Shown piece after piece: positions 1 through 14,100 of a stretch of 64,000 nt of DNA. Numbering within the stretch: position 1 is the first letter of the stretch; each line of letters opens with the position of its first letter. The DNA comes from Auanema rhodensis (Eukaryota; Animalia; Nematoda). The notes beneath the pieces were generated by a model. That model saw only the letters and a list, made by a program, of their open reading frames with translations, had not been told where the DNA came from and searched no databases. The stretch covers positions 11,222,001 to 11,286,000 of the forward strand of contig OZ059895.1 of assembly GCA_964057225.1 (NCBI GenBank), read 5' to 3'. The position numbers and the translations under genes are program-made.

Positions 1-3000
1 ATTATCTTCAATCTTATTTCTATCTTACAGTTATAAACCAGTAGTGAATGAACCATCATCTTACCTTAACTGTTTCTATCTATTTCCTATCAAAAGAAAC
101 ATTGTTTAAACACTATACAACTGTGAAACCTTTTTTAATTTCTTGTATTTGGAGCTCATAAGATTTGATATCATTGAGGGATCCAGATAGAACGTGGAAA
201 ATTACGTAACTAACATGAAATTGGAAAAAACTATAACGAGGATAAGTATGTAAATCATTGAATATCAGATATTTTTGCTTACAAATATACCACGTTGTAA
301 GTACGCCATGCCGCTGATTTTCAATTTTAACTCTTTTGTAACAAATGTTTTCAATTTTCAAGCAGTTTTACTCAGATAGCTTAACCCAAGGCAGCAAATT
401 ATCTTCAATATTATTTCTATCTTACAGTTATAAACCAATAGTTAATGAACCATCATCTTACCTTTACTGTTTCTATCTATTTCCTATCGAAAGCAACTTT
501 GTTCAAACACTATACAACTGTGAAACCTTTTTCAATTTCTTGTATTTGGAGCTCATAAGATTTGATATCATTGAGGGATCCAGATAGAACGTGGAAAATT
601 ACGTAACTAACATGAAATTGGAAAAAACTATAACGAGGATAAGTATGTGAATCATTGAATATCAGATATTTTTGCTTACGACCATACCACGTTGAAAGTA
701 CGCCATGCCGCTGATTTTCAATTTTATCTCTTCCGTAACAAATGTTTTCAATTTTCAAGTAGTTTCACTTAGATAGCTTAGCTCAACCCAAGGCAGCATA
801 TTATCTTCAATCTTATTTCTATAATACAGTTATAAACCAATAGTTAATGAACCATCATCTTACCCTTACCGTTTCTATCTTTCTCCTATCGAAACCAACT
901 TTGTTCAAAAACTATACAACTGTGAAACCTTTTTTAATTTCTTGTATTAGGAGCTCATAAGATTTGATATCATTGAGGGATCCAGATAGAACGTAGAAAA
1001 TTACGTAACTAACATGAAATTGGAAAAAACTATAACGAGGATAAGTATGTGAATCATTGAATATCAGATATTTTCGCTTAGGACCATACCACGTTGAAAG
1101 TACGCCATGCCGCTGATTTTCAATTTTAACTCTTTTGTAACAAATGTTTTCAATTTTCAAGCAGTTTTACTCAGATAGCTTAACCCAAGGCAGCAAATTA
1201 TCTTCAATATTATTTCTATCTTACAGTTATAAACCAATAGTTAATGAACCATCATCTTACCTTTACTGTTTCTATCTATTTCCTATCGAAAGCAACTTTG
1301 TTCAAACACTATAAAACTGTGAAACCTTTTTTAATTTCTTGTATTTGGAGCTCTCAAGATTTGATATCATTGAGGGATCCAGATAGAACGTGGAAAATTA
1401 CGTAACTAACATGAAATTGGAAAAAACTATAACGAGGATAAGTATGTGAATCATTGAATATCAGATATTTTCGCTTACGACCATACCACGTTGAAAGTAC
1501 GCCATGCAGCTGATTTTCAATTTTATCTCTTCCGTAACAAATGTTTTCAATTTTCAAGTAGTTTCACTTAGATAGCTTAGCTCAACCCAAGGCAGCATAT
1601 TATCTTCAATCTTATTTCTATAATACAGTTATAAACCAATAGTTAATGAACCATCATCTTACCCTTACCGTTTCTATCTATTTCCTATCGAAACCAACTT
1701 TGTTCAAAAACTATACAACTGTGAAACTTATTTTAATTTCTTGTATTTGGAGCTCATAAGATTTGATATCATTGAGGGATCCAGATAGAACGTGGAAAAT
1801 TACGTAACTAACATGAAATTGGAAAAAACTATAACGAGGATAAGTATGTGAATCATTGAATATCAGATATTTTCGCTTAGGACCATACCACGTTGAAAGT
1901 ACGCCATGCCGCTGATTTTCAATTTTAACTCTTCCGTAACAAATGTTTTCAATTTTCAAGTAGTTTCACTTAGATAGCTTAGCTCAACCCAAGGCAGCAT
2001 ATTATCTTCAATCTTATTTCTATAATACAGTTATAAACCAATAGTTAATGAACCATCATCTTACCCTTACCGTTTCTATCTTTTTCCTATCGAAACCAAC
2101 TTTGTTCAAAAACTATACAACTGTGAAACCTTTTTTAATTTCTTGTACTTGGAGCTCATAAGATTTGATATCATTGAGGGATCCAGATAGAACGTGGAAA
2201 ATTACGTAACTAACATGAAATTGGAAAAAACTATAACGAGGATAAGTATGTGAATCATTGAATATCAGATATTTTCGCTTAGGACCATACCACGTTGAAA
2301 GTACGCCATGCCGCTGATTTTCAATTTTAACTCTTTTGTAACAAATGTTTTCAATTTTCAAGCAGTTTTACTCAGATAGCTTAACCCAAGGCAGCAAATT
2401 ATCTTCAATATTATTTCTATCTTACAGTTTTAAACCAATAGTTAATGAACCATCATCTTACCTTTACTGTTTCTATCTATTTCCTATCGAAAGCAACTTT
2501 GTTCAAACACTATACAACTGTGAAACCTTTTTTAATTTCTTGTATTTGGAGCTCTTAAGATTTGATATCATTGAGGGATCCAGATAGAACGTGGAAAATT
2601 ACGTAACTAACATGAAATTGGAAAAAACTATAACGAGGATAAGTATGTGAATCATTGAATATCAGATATTTTCGCTTAGGACCATACCACGTTGAAAGTA
2701 CGCCATGCTGCTGATTTTCAATTTTAACTCTTTTGTAACAAATGTTCTCAATTTTCAAGCAGTTTTACTCAGATAGCTTAACCCAAGGCAGCAAATTATC
2801 TTCAATATTATTTCTATCTTACAGTTATAAACCAATAGTTAATGAACCATCATCTTACCTTTACTGTTTCTATCTATTTCCTATCGAAAGCAACTTTGTT
2901 CAAACACTATACAACTGTGAAACCTTTTTTAATTTCTTGTATTTGGAGCTCTTAAGATTTGATATCATTGAGGGATCCAGATAGAACGTGGAAAATTACG

Positions 3001-6000
3001 TAACTAACATGAAATTGGAAAAAACTATAACGAGGATAAGTATGTGAATCATTGAATATCAGATATTTTCGCTTAGGACCATACCACGTTGAAAGTACGC
3101 CATGCCGCTGATTTTCAATTTTAACTCTTTTGTAACAAATGTTTTCAATTTTCAAGCAGTTTTACTCAGATAGCTTAACCCAAGGCAGCAAATTATCTTC
3201 AATATTATTTCTATCTTACAGTTTTAAACCAATAGTTAATGAACCATCATCTTACCTTCACTGTTTCTATCTATTTCCTATCAAAACCAACTTTGTTCAA
3301 ACACTATACAACTGTGAAACCTTTTTTAATTTCTTGTATTTGGAGCTCTTAAGATTTGATATCATTGAGGGATCCAGATAGAACGTGGAAAATTACGTAA
3401 CTAACATGAAATTGGAAAAAACTATAACGAGGATAAGTATGTGAATCATTGAATATCAGATATTTTCGCTTAGGACCATACCACGTTGAAAGTACGCCAT
3501 GCTGCTGATTTTCAATTTTAACTCTTTTGTAACAAATGTTTTCAATTTTCAAGCAGTTTTACTCAGATAGCTTAACCCAAGGCAGCAAATTATCTTCAAT
3601 ATTATTTCTATCTTACAGTTATAAACCAATAGTTAATGAACCATCATCTTACCTTTACTGTTTCTATCTATTTCCTATCGAAAGCAACTTTGTTCAAACA
3701 CTATACAACTGTGAAACCTTTTTTAATTTCTTGTATTTGGAGCTCTTAAGATTTGATATCATTGAGGGATCCAGATAGAACGTGGAAAATTACGTAACTA
3801 ACATGAAATTGGAAAAAACTATAACGAGGATAAGTATGTGAATCATTGAATATCAGATATTTTCGCTTACGACCATACCACGTTGAAAGTACGCCATGCA
3901 GCTGATTTTCAATTTTATCTCTTCCGTAACAAATGTTTTCAATTTTCAAGTAGTTTCACTTAGATAGCTTAGCTCAACCCAAGGCAGCATATTATCTTCA
4001 ATCTTATTTCTATAATACAGTTATAAACCAATAGTTAATGAACCATCATCTTACCCTTACCGTTTCTATCTATTTCCTATCGAAACCAACTTTGTTCAAA
4101 AACTATACAACTGTGAAACTTTTTTTAATTTCTTGTATTTGGAGCTCATAAGATTTGATATCATTGAGGGATCCAGATAGAACGTGGAAAATTACGTAAC
4201 TAACATGAAATTGGAAAAAACTATAACGAGGATAAGTATGTGAATCATTGAATATCAGATATTTTCGCTTAGGACCATACCACGTTGAAAGTACGCCATG
4301 CCGCTGATTTTCAATTTTAATTCTTCTGTAACAAATGTTTTCAATTTCCAAGCAGTTTTACTTAGATAGCTCAACCCAAGGCAGCAAATTATCTTCAATC
4401 TTATTTCTATAATACAGTTATAAACCAGTAGTTAATGAACCTTCATTATAACTTTACTGTTTCTATCTATTTCCTATCGAAACAAACATTGTTTAAACAC
4501 TATACAACTGTGAAACCTTTTTTAATTTCTTGTATTCGGAGCTCATAAGATTTGATATCATTGAGGGATCCAGATAGAACGTGGAAAATTACATAACTAA
4601 CATGAAATTGGGGAAAAAATTATAACGAGGATAAGTATGTAAATCATTGAATATCAGATATTTTCGCTTACGACCATACCACGTTGAAAGTACGCCATGC
4701 AGCTGATTTTCAATTTTATCTCTTCCGTAACAAATGTTTTCAATTTTCAAGTAGTTTCACTTAGATAGCTCAACCCAAGGCAGCATATTATCTTCAATCT
4801 TATTTCTATAATACAGTTATAAACCAGTAGTTAATGAACCTTCATCTTAACTTTACTGTTTCTATCTATTTCCTATCGAAACAAACATTGTTTAAACACT
4901 ATACAACTGTGAAACCTTTTTTAATTTATTGTATTTGGAGCACATAAGATTTGATATCATCGAGGGAACCAGATGGAACGTGGAAAATTACATAACTAAC
5001 ATGAAAATGAAAAAAAACTATAACGAGGATAAGTATGTAAATCATTGAATATCAGATATTTTCGCTTAGGACCATACCACGTTGAAAGTACGCCATGCCG
5101 CTGATTTTCAATTTTAACTCTTTTGTAACAAATGTTTTCAATTTTCAAGCAGTTTTACTCAGATAGCTTAACCCAAGGCAGCAAATTATCTTCAATATTA
5201 TTTCTATCTTACAGTTATAAACCAATAGTTAATGAACCATCATCTTACCTTTACTGTTTCTATCTATTTCCTATCCAAAGCAACTTAGTTCAAACACTAT
5301 ACAACTGTGAAACCTTTTTTAATTTTTTGTATTTGGAGCTCATAAGATTTGATATCATTGAGGGATCCAGATAGAACGTGGAAAATTACGTAACTAACAT
5401 GAAATTGGAAAAACCTATAACGAGGATAAGTATGTAAATCATTGAATATCAGATATTTTTGCTTACAACTATACCACGTTGTAAGTACGCCATGCCGCTG
5501 ATTTTCAATTTTAACTCTTTTGTAACAAATGTTTTCAATTTTCAAGCAGTTTTACTCAGATAGCTTAACCCAAGGCAGCATATTATCTTCAATATTATTT
5601 CTATCTTACAGTTATAAACCAATAGTTAATGAACCATCATCTTACCCTTACCGTTTCTATCTATTTCCTATCGAAACCAACTTTGTTCAAAAACTATACA
5701 ACTGTGAAACCTTTTTTAATTTCTTGTATTTGGAGCTCATAAGATTTGATATCATTGAGGGATCCAGATAGAACGTGGAAAATTACGTAACTAACATGAA
5801 ATTTGAAAAAACTATAACGAGGATAAGTATGTGAATCATTGAATATCAGATATTTTCGCTTAGGACCATACCACGTTGAAAGTACGCCATGCCGCTGATT
5901 TTCAATTTTAACTCTTCTGTAACAAATGTTTTCAATTTCCCAGCAATTTTACTTAGATAGCTCAACCCAAGGCAGCAAATTATCTTCAATCTTATTTCTA

Positions 6001-8088
6001 TCTTACAGTTATAAACCAGTAGTGAATGAACCATCATCTTACCTTAACTGTTTCTATCTATTTCCTATCAAAAGAAACATTGTTTAAACACTATACAACT
6101 GTGAAACCTTTTTTAATTTCTTGTATTTGGAGCTCATAAGATTTGATATCATTGAGGGATCCAGATAGAACGTGGAAAATTACGTAACTAACATGAAATT
6201 GGAAAAAACTATAACGAGGATAAGTATGTAAATCATTGAATATCAGATATTTTTGCTTACAAATATACCACGTTGTAAGTACGCCATGCCGCTGATTTTC
6301 AATTTTAACTCTTTTGTAACAAATGTTTTCAATTTTCAAGCAGTTTTACTCAGATAGCTTAACCCAAGGCAGCAAATTATCTTCAATATTATTTCTATCT
6401 TACAGTTATAAACCAATAGTTAATGAACCATCATCTTACCTTTACTGTTTCTATCTATTTCCTATCGAAAGCAACTTTGTTCAAACACTATACAACTGTG
6501 AAACCTTTTTCAATTTCTTGTATTTGGAGCTCATAAGATTTGATATCATTGAGGGATCCAGATAGAACGTGGAAAATTACGTAACTAACATGAAATTGGA
6601 AAAAACTATAACGAGGATAAGTATGTGAATCATTGAATATCAGATATTTTTGCTTACGACCATACCACGTTGAAAGTACGCCATGCCGCTGATTTTCAAT
6701 TTTATCTCTTCCGTAACAAATGTTTTCAATTTTCAAGTAGTTTCACTTAGATAGCTTAGCTCAACCCAAGGCAGCATATTATCTTCAATCTTATTTCTAT
6801 AATACAGTTATAAACCAATAGTTAATGAACCATCATCTTACCCTTACCGTTTCTATCTTTCTCCTATCGAAACCAACTTTGTTCAAAAACTATACAACTG
6901 TGAAACCTTTTTTAATTTCTTGTATTAGGAGCTCATAAGATTTGATATCATTGAGGGATCCAGATAGAACGTAGAAAATTACGTAACTAACATGAAATTG
7001 GAAAAAACTATAACGAGGATAAGTATGTGAATCATTGAATATCAGATATTTTCGCTTAGGACCATACCACGTTGAAAGTACGCCATGCCGCTGATTTTCA
7101 ATTTTAACTCTTTTGTAACAAATGTTTTCAATTTTCAAGCAGTTTTACTCAGATAGCTTAACCCAAGGCAGCAAATTATCTTCAATATTATTTCTATCTT
7201 ACAGTTATAAACCAATAGTTAATGAACCATCATCTTACCTTTACTGTTTCTATCTATTTCCTATCGAAAGCAACTTTGTTCAAACACTATAAAACTGTGA
7301 AACCTTTTTTAATTTCTTGTATTTGGAGCTCTCAAGATTTGATATCATTGAGGGATCCAGATAGAACGTGGAAAATTACGTAACTAACATGAAATTGGAA
7401 AAAACTATAACGAGGATAAGTATGTGAATCATTGAATATCAGATATTTTCGCTTACGACCATACCACGTTGAAAGTACGCCATGCAGCTGATTTTCAATT
7501 TTATCTCTTCCGTAACAAATGTTTTCAATTTTCAAGTAGTTTCACTTAGATAGCTTAGCTCAACCCAAGGCAGCATATTATCTTCAATCTTATTTCTATA
7601 ATACAGTTATAAACCAATAGTTAATGAACCATCATCTTACCCTTACCGTTTCTATCTATTTCCTATCGAAACCAACTTTGTTCAAAAACTATACAACTGT
7701 GAAACTTATTTTAATTTCTTGTATTTGGAGCTCATAAGATTTGATATCATTGAGGGATCCAGATAGAACGTGGAAAATTACGTAACTAACATGAAATTGG
7801 AAAAAACTATAACGAGGATAAGTATGTGAATCATTGAATATCAGATATTTTCGCTTAGGACCATACCACGTTGAAAGTACGCCATGCCGCTGATTTTCAA
7901 TTTTAACTCTTCCGTAACAAATGTTTTCAATTTTCAAGTAGTTTCACTTAGATAGCTTAGCTCAACCCAAGGCAGCATATTATCTTCAATCTTATTTCTA
8001 TAATACAGTTATAAACCAATAGTTAATGAACCATCATCTTACCCTTACCGTTTCTATCTTTTTCCTATCGAAACCAACTTTGTTCAAA
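1..8088. repeat. 15-monomer (5978 bp) period: 1-~2110 repeated at 5979-~8088
   Basis: Rare variants recur at exactly +5978: GTAGTGAATG, ACAAATATACC, GTATTAGGAG/AACGTAGA, ATAAAACTG/CTCTCAAG, AAACTTATT. ORF ends 361/758/1160/1557/1959 map to 6339/6736/7138/7535/7937. 5978 = 15x397 + 4x5 + 3. Confidence 0.9.
5462..5485. other. Perfect 8-bp inverted repeat CTTACAAC-N8-GTTGTAAG (minority monomer haplotype)
   Basis: Read directly. Also present at 56341, 62696, 63491 and 63888, with one-mismatch versions at 278, 6256 and 57930. Confidence 0.9.
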
Positions 8089-8139
8089 CACTATACAACT
8101 GTGAAACCTTTTTTAATTTCTTGTACTTGGAGCTCTTAA

Positions 8140-11100
8140 GATTTGATATCATTGAGGGATCCAGATAGAACGTGGAAAATTACGTAACTAACATGAAATT
8201 GGAAAAAACTATAACGAGGATAAGTATGTGAATCATTGAATATCAGATATTTTCGCTTAGGACCATACCACGTTGAAAGTACGCCATGCCGCTGATTTTC
8301 AATTTTAACTCTTTTGTAACAAATGTTTTCAATTTTCAAGCAGTTTTACTCAGATAGCTTAACCCAAGGCAGCAAATTATCTTCAATATTATTTCTATCT
8401 TACAGTTTTAAACCAATAGTTAATGAACCATCATCTTACCTTTACTGTTTCTATCTATTTCCTATCGAAACCAACTTTGTTCAAACACTATACAACTGTG
8501 AAACCTTTTTTAATTTCTTGTATTTGGAGCTCTTAAGATTTGATATCATTGAGGGATCCAGATAGAACGTGGAAAATTACGTAACTAACATGAAATTGGA
8601 AAAAACTATAACGAGGATAAGTATGTGAATCATTGAATATCAGATATTTTCGCTTAGGACCATACCACGTTGAAAGTACGCCATGCTGCTGATTTTCAAT
8701 TTTAACTCTTTTGTAACAAATGTTTTCAATTTTCAAGCAGTTTTACTCAGATAGCTTAACCCAAGGCAGCAAATTATCTTCAATATTATTTCTATCTTAC
8801 AGTTATAAACCAATAGTTAATGAACCATCATCTTACCTTTACTGTTTCTATCTATTTCCTATCGAAAGCAACTTTGTTCAAACACTATACAACTGTGAAA
8901 CCTTTTTTAATTTCTTGTATTTGGAGCTCTTAAGATTTGATATCATTGAGGGATCCGGATAGAACGTGGAAAATTACGTAACTAACATGAAATTGGAAAA
9001 AACTATAACGAGGATAAGTATGTGAATCATTGAATATCAGATATTTTCGCTTAGGACCATACCACGTTGAAAGTACGCCATGCCGCTGATTTTCAATTTT
9101 AACTCTTTTGTAACAAATGTTTTCAATTTTCAAGCAGTTTTACTCAGATAGCTTAACCCAAGGCAGCAAATTATCTTCAATATTATTTCTATCTTACAGT
9201 TTAAAACCAATAGTTAATGAACCATCATCTTACCTTTACTGTTTCTATCTATTTCCTATCGAAAGCAACTTTGTTCAAACACTATACAACTGTGAAACCT
9301 TTTTTAATTTCTTGTATTTGGAGCTTATAAGATTTGATATCATCGAGGGATCCAGATAGAACGTGGAAAATTACATAACTAACATGAAATTGGGAAAAAA
9401 TTATAACGAGGATAAGTATGTGAATCATTGAATATCAGATATTTTTGCTTACGACCATACCACGTTGAAAGTACGCCATGCCGCTGATTTTCAATTTTAT
9501 CTCTTCCGTAACAAATGTTTTCAATTTTCAAGTAGTTTCACTTAGATAGCTTAGCTCAACCCAAGGCAGCATATTATCTTCAATCTTATTTCTATAATAC
9601 AGTTATGAACCAATAGTTAATGAACCATCATCTTACCCTTACCGTTTCTATCTTTTTCCTATCGAAACCAACTTTGTTCAAAAACTATACAACTGTGAAA
9701 CCTTTTTTAATTTCTTGTATTTGGAGCTCATAAGATTTGATATCATTGAGGGATCCAGATAGAACGTGGAAAATTACGTAACTAACATGAAATTGGAAAA
9801 AACTATAACGAGGATAAGTATGTGAATCATTGAATATCAGATATTTTCGCTTAGGACCATACCACGTTGAAAGTACGCCATGCCGCTGATTTTCAATTTT
9901 AACTCTTTTGTAACAAATGTTTTCAATTTTCAAGCAGTTTTACTCAGATAGCTTAACCCAAGGCAGCAAATTATCTTCAATATTATTTCTATCTTACAGT
10001 TTTAAACCAATAGTTAATGAACCATCATCTTACCTTTACTGTTTCTATCTATTTCCTATCGAAACCAACTTTGTTCAAACACTATACAACTGTGAAACCT
10101 TTTTTAATTTCTTGTATTTGGAGCTCTTAAGATTTGATATCATTGAGGGATCCAGATAGAACGTGGAAAATTACGTAACTAACATGAAATTGGAAAAAAC
10201 TATAACGAGGATAAGTATGTGAATCATTGAATATCAGATATTTTCGCTTAGGACCATACCACGTTGAAAGTACGCCATGCTGCTGATTTTCAATTTTAAC
10301 TCTTTTGTAACAAATGTTCTCAATTTTCAAGCAGTTTTACTCAGATAGCTTAACCCAAGGCAGCAAATTATCTTCAATATTATTTCTATCTTACAGTTAT
10401 AAACCAATAGTTAATGAACCATCATCTTACCTTTACTGTTTCTATCTATTTCCTATCGAAACCAACTTTGTTCAAACACTATACAACTGTGAAACCTTTT
10501 TTAATTTCTTGTATTTGGAGCTCATAAGATTTGATATCATTGAGGGATCCGGATAGAACGTGGAAAATTACGTAACTAACATGAAATTGGAAACAACTAT
10601 AACGAGGATAAGTATGTGAATCATTGAATATCAGATATTTTCGCTTAGGACCATACCACGTTGAAAGTACGCCATGCAGCTGATTTTCAATTTTATCTCT
10701 TCCGTAACAAATGTTTTCAATTTTCAAGTAGTTTCACTTAGATAGCTTAGCTCAACCCAAGGCAGCATATTATCTTCAATCTTATTTCTATAATACAGTT
10801 ATAAACCAATAGTTAACGAACCATCATCTTACCCTTACCGTTTCTATCTATTTCCTATCGTAACCAACTTTGTTCAAAAACTATACAACTGTGAAACCTT
10901 TTTTAATTTCTTGTATTTGGAGCTCATAAGATTTGATATCATTGAGGGATCCAGATAGAACGTGGAAAATTACGTAACTAACATGAAATTGGAAACAACT
11001 ATAACGAGGATAAGTATGTAAATCATTGAATATCAGATATTTTCGCTTACGACCATACCACGTTGAAAGTACGCCATGCCGCTGATTTTCAATTTTAACT

Positions 11101-14100
11101 CTTTTGTAACAAATGTTTTCAATTTTCATGCAATTTTACTCAGATAGCTTAACCCAAGGCAGCGAATTATCTTCAATATTATTTCTATCTTACAGTTATA
11201 AACCAATAGTTAATGAACCATCATCTTACCTTTACCGTTTCTATCTATTTCCTATCGAAACCAACTTTGTTCAAAAACTATACAACTGTGAAACCTTTTT
11301 TAATTTTTTGTATTTGGAGCTCATAAGATTTGATATCATTGAGGGATCCAGATAGAACGTGGAAAATTACGTAACTAACATGAAATTGGAAAAAACTATA
11401 ACGAGGATAAGTATGTGAATCATTGAATATCAGATAATTTCGCTTAGGACCATACCACGTTGAAAGTACGCCATGCCGCTGATTTTCATTTTTAACTCTT
11501 TTGTAACAAATGTTTTCAATTTTCATGCAATTTTACTCAGATAGCTTAACCCAAGGCAGCGAATTATCTTCAATATTATTTCTATCTTACAGTTATAAAC
11601 CAATAGTTAATGAACCATCATCTTACCTTCACTGTTTCTATCTATTCCCTATCGGAAGCAACTTAGTTCAAACACTATACAACTGTGAAACCTTTTTTAA
11701 TTTTTTGTATTTAGAGCTCATAAGATTTGATATCATTGAGGGATCCAGATAGAACGTGGAAAATTACGTAACTAACATGAAATTGGAAAAAACTATAACG
11801 AGGATAAGTATGTGAATCATTGAATATCAGATATTTTCGCTTAGGACCATACCACGTTGAAAGTACGCCATGCCGCTGATTTTCAATTTTAACTCTTTTG
11901 TAACAAATGTTTTCAATTTTCAAGCAGTTTTACTCAGATAGCTTAACCCAAGGCAGCAAATTATCTTCAATATTATTTCTATCTTACAGTTTTAAACCAA
12001 TAGTTAATGAACCATCATCTTACCTTTACTGTTTCTATCTATTTCCTATCGAAACCAACTTTGTTCAAACACTATACAACTGTGAAACCTTTTTTAATTT
12101 CTTGTATTTGGAGCTCTTAAGATTTGATATCATTGAGGGATCCAGATAGAACGTGGAAAATTACGTAACTAACATGAAATTGGAAAAAACTATAACGAGG
12201 ATAAGTATGTGAATCATTGAATATCAGATATTTTCGCTTAGGACCATACCACGTTGAAAGTACGCCATGCTGCTGATTTTCAATTTTAACTCTTTTGTAA
12301 CAAATGTTTTCAATTTTCAAGCAGTTTTACTCAGATAGCTTAACCCAAGGCAGCAAATTATCTTCAATATTATTTCTATCTTACAGTTATAAACCAATAG
12401 TTAATGAACCATCATCTTACCTTTACTGTTTCTATCTATTTCCTATCGAAAGCAACTTTGTTCAAACACTATACAACTGTGAAACCTTTTTTAATTTCTT
12501 GTATTTGGAGCTCTTAAGATTTGATATCATTGAGGGATCCGGATAGAACGTGGAAAATTACGTAACTAACATGAAATTGGAAAAAACTATAACGAGGATA
12601 AGTATGTGAATCATTGAATATCAGATATTTTCGCTTAGGACCATACCACGTTGAAAGTACGCCATGCCGCTGATTTTCAATTTTAACTCTTTTGTAACAA
12701 ATGTTTTCAATTTTCAAGCAGTTTTACTCAGATAGCTTAACCCAAGGCAGCAAATTATCTTCAATATTATTTCTATCTTACAGTTTAAAACCAATAGTTA
12801 ATGAACCATCATCTTACCTTTACTGTTTCTATCTATTTCCTATCGAAAGCAACTTTGTTCAAACACTATACAACTGTGAAACCTTTTTTAATTTCTTGTA
12901 TTTGGAGCTTATAAGATTTGATATCATCGAGGGATCCAGATAGAACGTGGAAAATTACATAACTAACATGAAATTGGGAAAAAATTATAACGAGGATAAG
13001 TATGTGAATCATTGAATATCAGATATTTTTGCTTACGACCATACCACGTTGAAAGTACGCCATGCCGCTGATTTTCAATTTTATCTCTTCCGTAACAAAT
13101 GTTTTCAATTTTCAAGTAGTTTCACTTAGATAGCTTAGCTCAACCCAAGGCAGCATATTATCTTCAATCTTATTTCTATAATACAGTTATGAACCAATAG
13201 TTAATGAACCATCATCTTACCCTTACCGTTTCTATCTTTTTCCTATCGAAACCAACTTTGTTCAAAAACTATACAACTGTGAAACCTTTTTTAATTTCTT
13301 GTATTTGGAGCTCATAAGATTTGATATCATTGAGGGATCCAGATAGAACGTGGAAAATTACGTAACTAACATGAAATTGGAAAAAACTATAACGAGGATA
13401 AGTATGTGAATCATTGAATATCAGATATTTTCGCTTAGGACCATACCACGTTGAAAGTACGCCATGCCGCTGATTTTCAATTTTAACTCTTTTGTAACAA
13501 ATGTTTTCAATTTTCAAGCAGTTTTACTCAGATAGCTTAACCCAAGGCAGCAAATTATCTTCAATATTATTTCTATCTTACAGTTTTAAACCAATAGTTA
13601 ATGAACCATCATCTTACCTTTACTGTTTCTATCTATTTCCTATCGAAACCAACTTTGTTCAAACACTATACAACTGTGAAACCTTTTTTAATTTCTTGTA
13701 TTTGGAGCTCTTAAGATTTGATATCATTGAGGGATCCAGATAGAACGTGGAAAATTACGTAACTAACATGAAATTGGAAAAAACTATAACGAGGATAAGT
13801 ATGTGAATCATTGAATATCAGATATTTTCGCTTAGGACCATACCACGTTGAAAGTACGCCATGCTGCTGATTTTCAATTTTAACTCTTTTGTAACAAATG
13901 TTCTCAATTTTCAAGCAGTTTTACTCAGATAGCTTAACCCAAGGCAGCAAATTATCTTCAATATTATTTCTATCTTACAGTTATAAACCAATAGTTAATG
14001 AACCATCATCTTACCTTTACTGTTTCTATCTATTTCCTATCGAAAGCAACTTTGTTCAAACACTATACAACTGTGAAACCTTTTTTAATTTCTTGTATTT

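Noticed and set aside
9380-9410. 398-bp units (TTGGGAAAAAATTATAAC) as homopolymer sequencing errors
   Set aside because: The extra base is consistently linked to neighbouring SNPs (TACATAAC, C>T) and recurs at HOR-equivalent positions, so it is a real allele.
9844-9862. CENP-B box-like motif at TTTTCGCTTAGGACC
   Set aside because: Only TTCG matches. The required A and CGGG of the NTTCGNNNNANNCGGGN core are absent.
9858-9872. Resemblance of CATACCACGTTGAA to a motif I recall from Drosophila 1.688-family satellites
   Set aside because: The match is short and from memory, with no collinear similarity elsewhere and a different monomer length. It is not enough to assign a family or organism without BLAST.
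9818-9999. Intron-like signals in each monomer (GTATGT ... CTTAAC ... TTTCTATCTTACAG)
   Set aside because: The implied 215-nt exon is not a multiple of 3, so repeated exons would shift frame into stops. The donor is often GTATGC. Such motifs are expected by chance in AT-rich DNA. Spliced RNA-seq reads would be needed to revive this.
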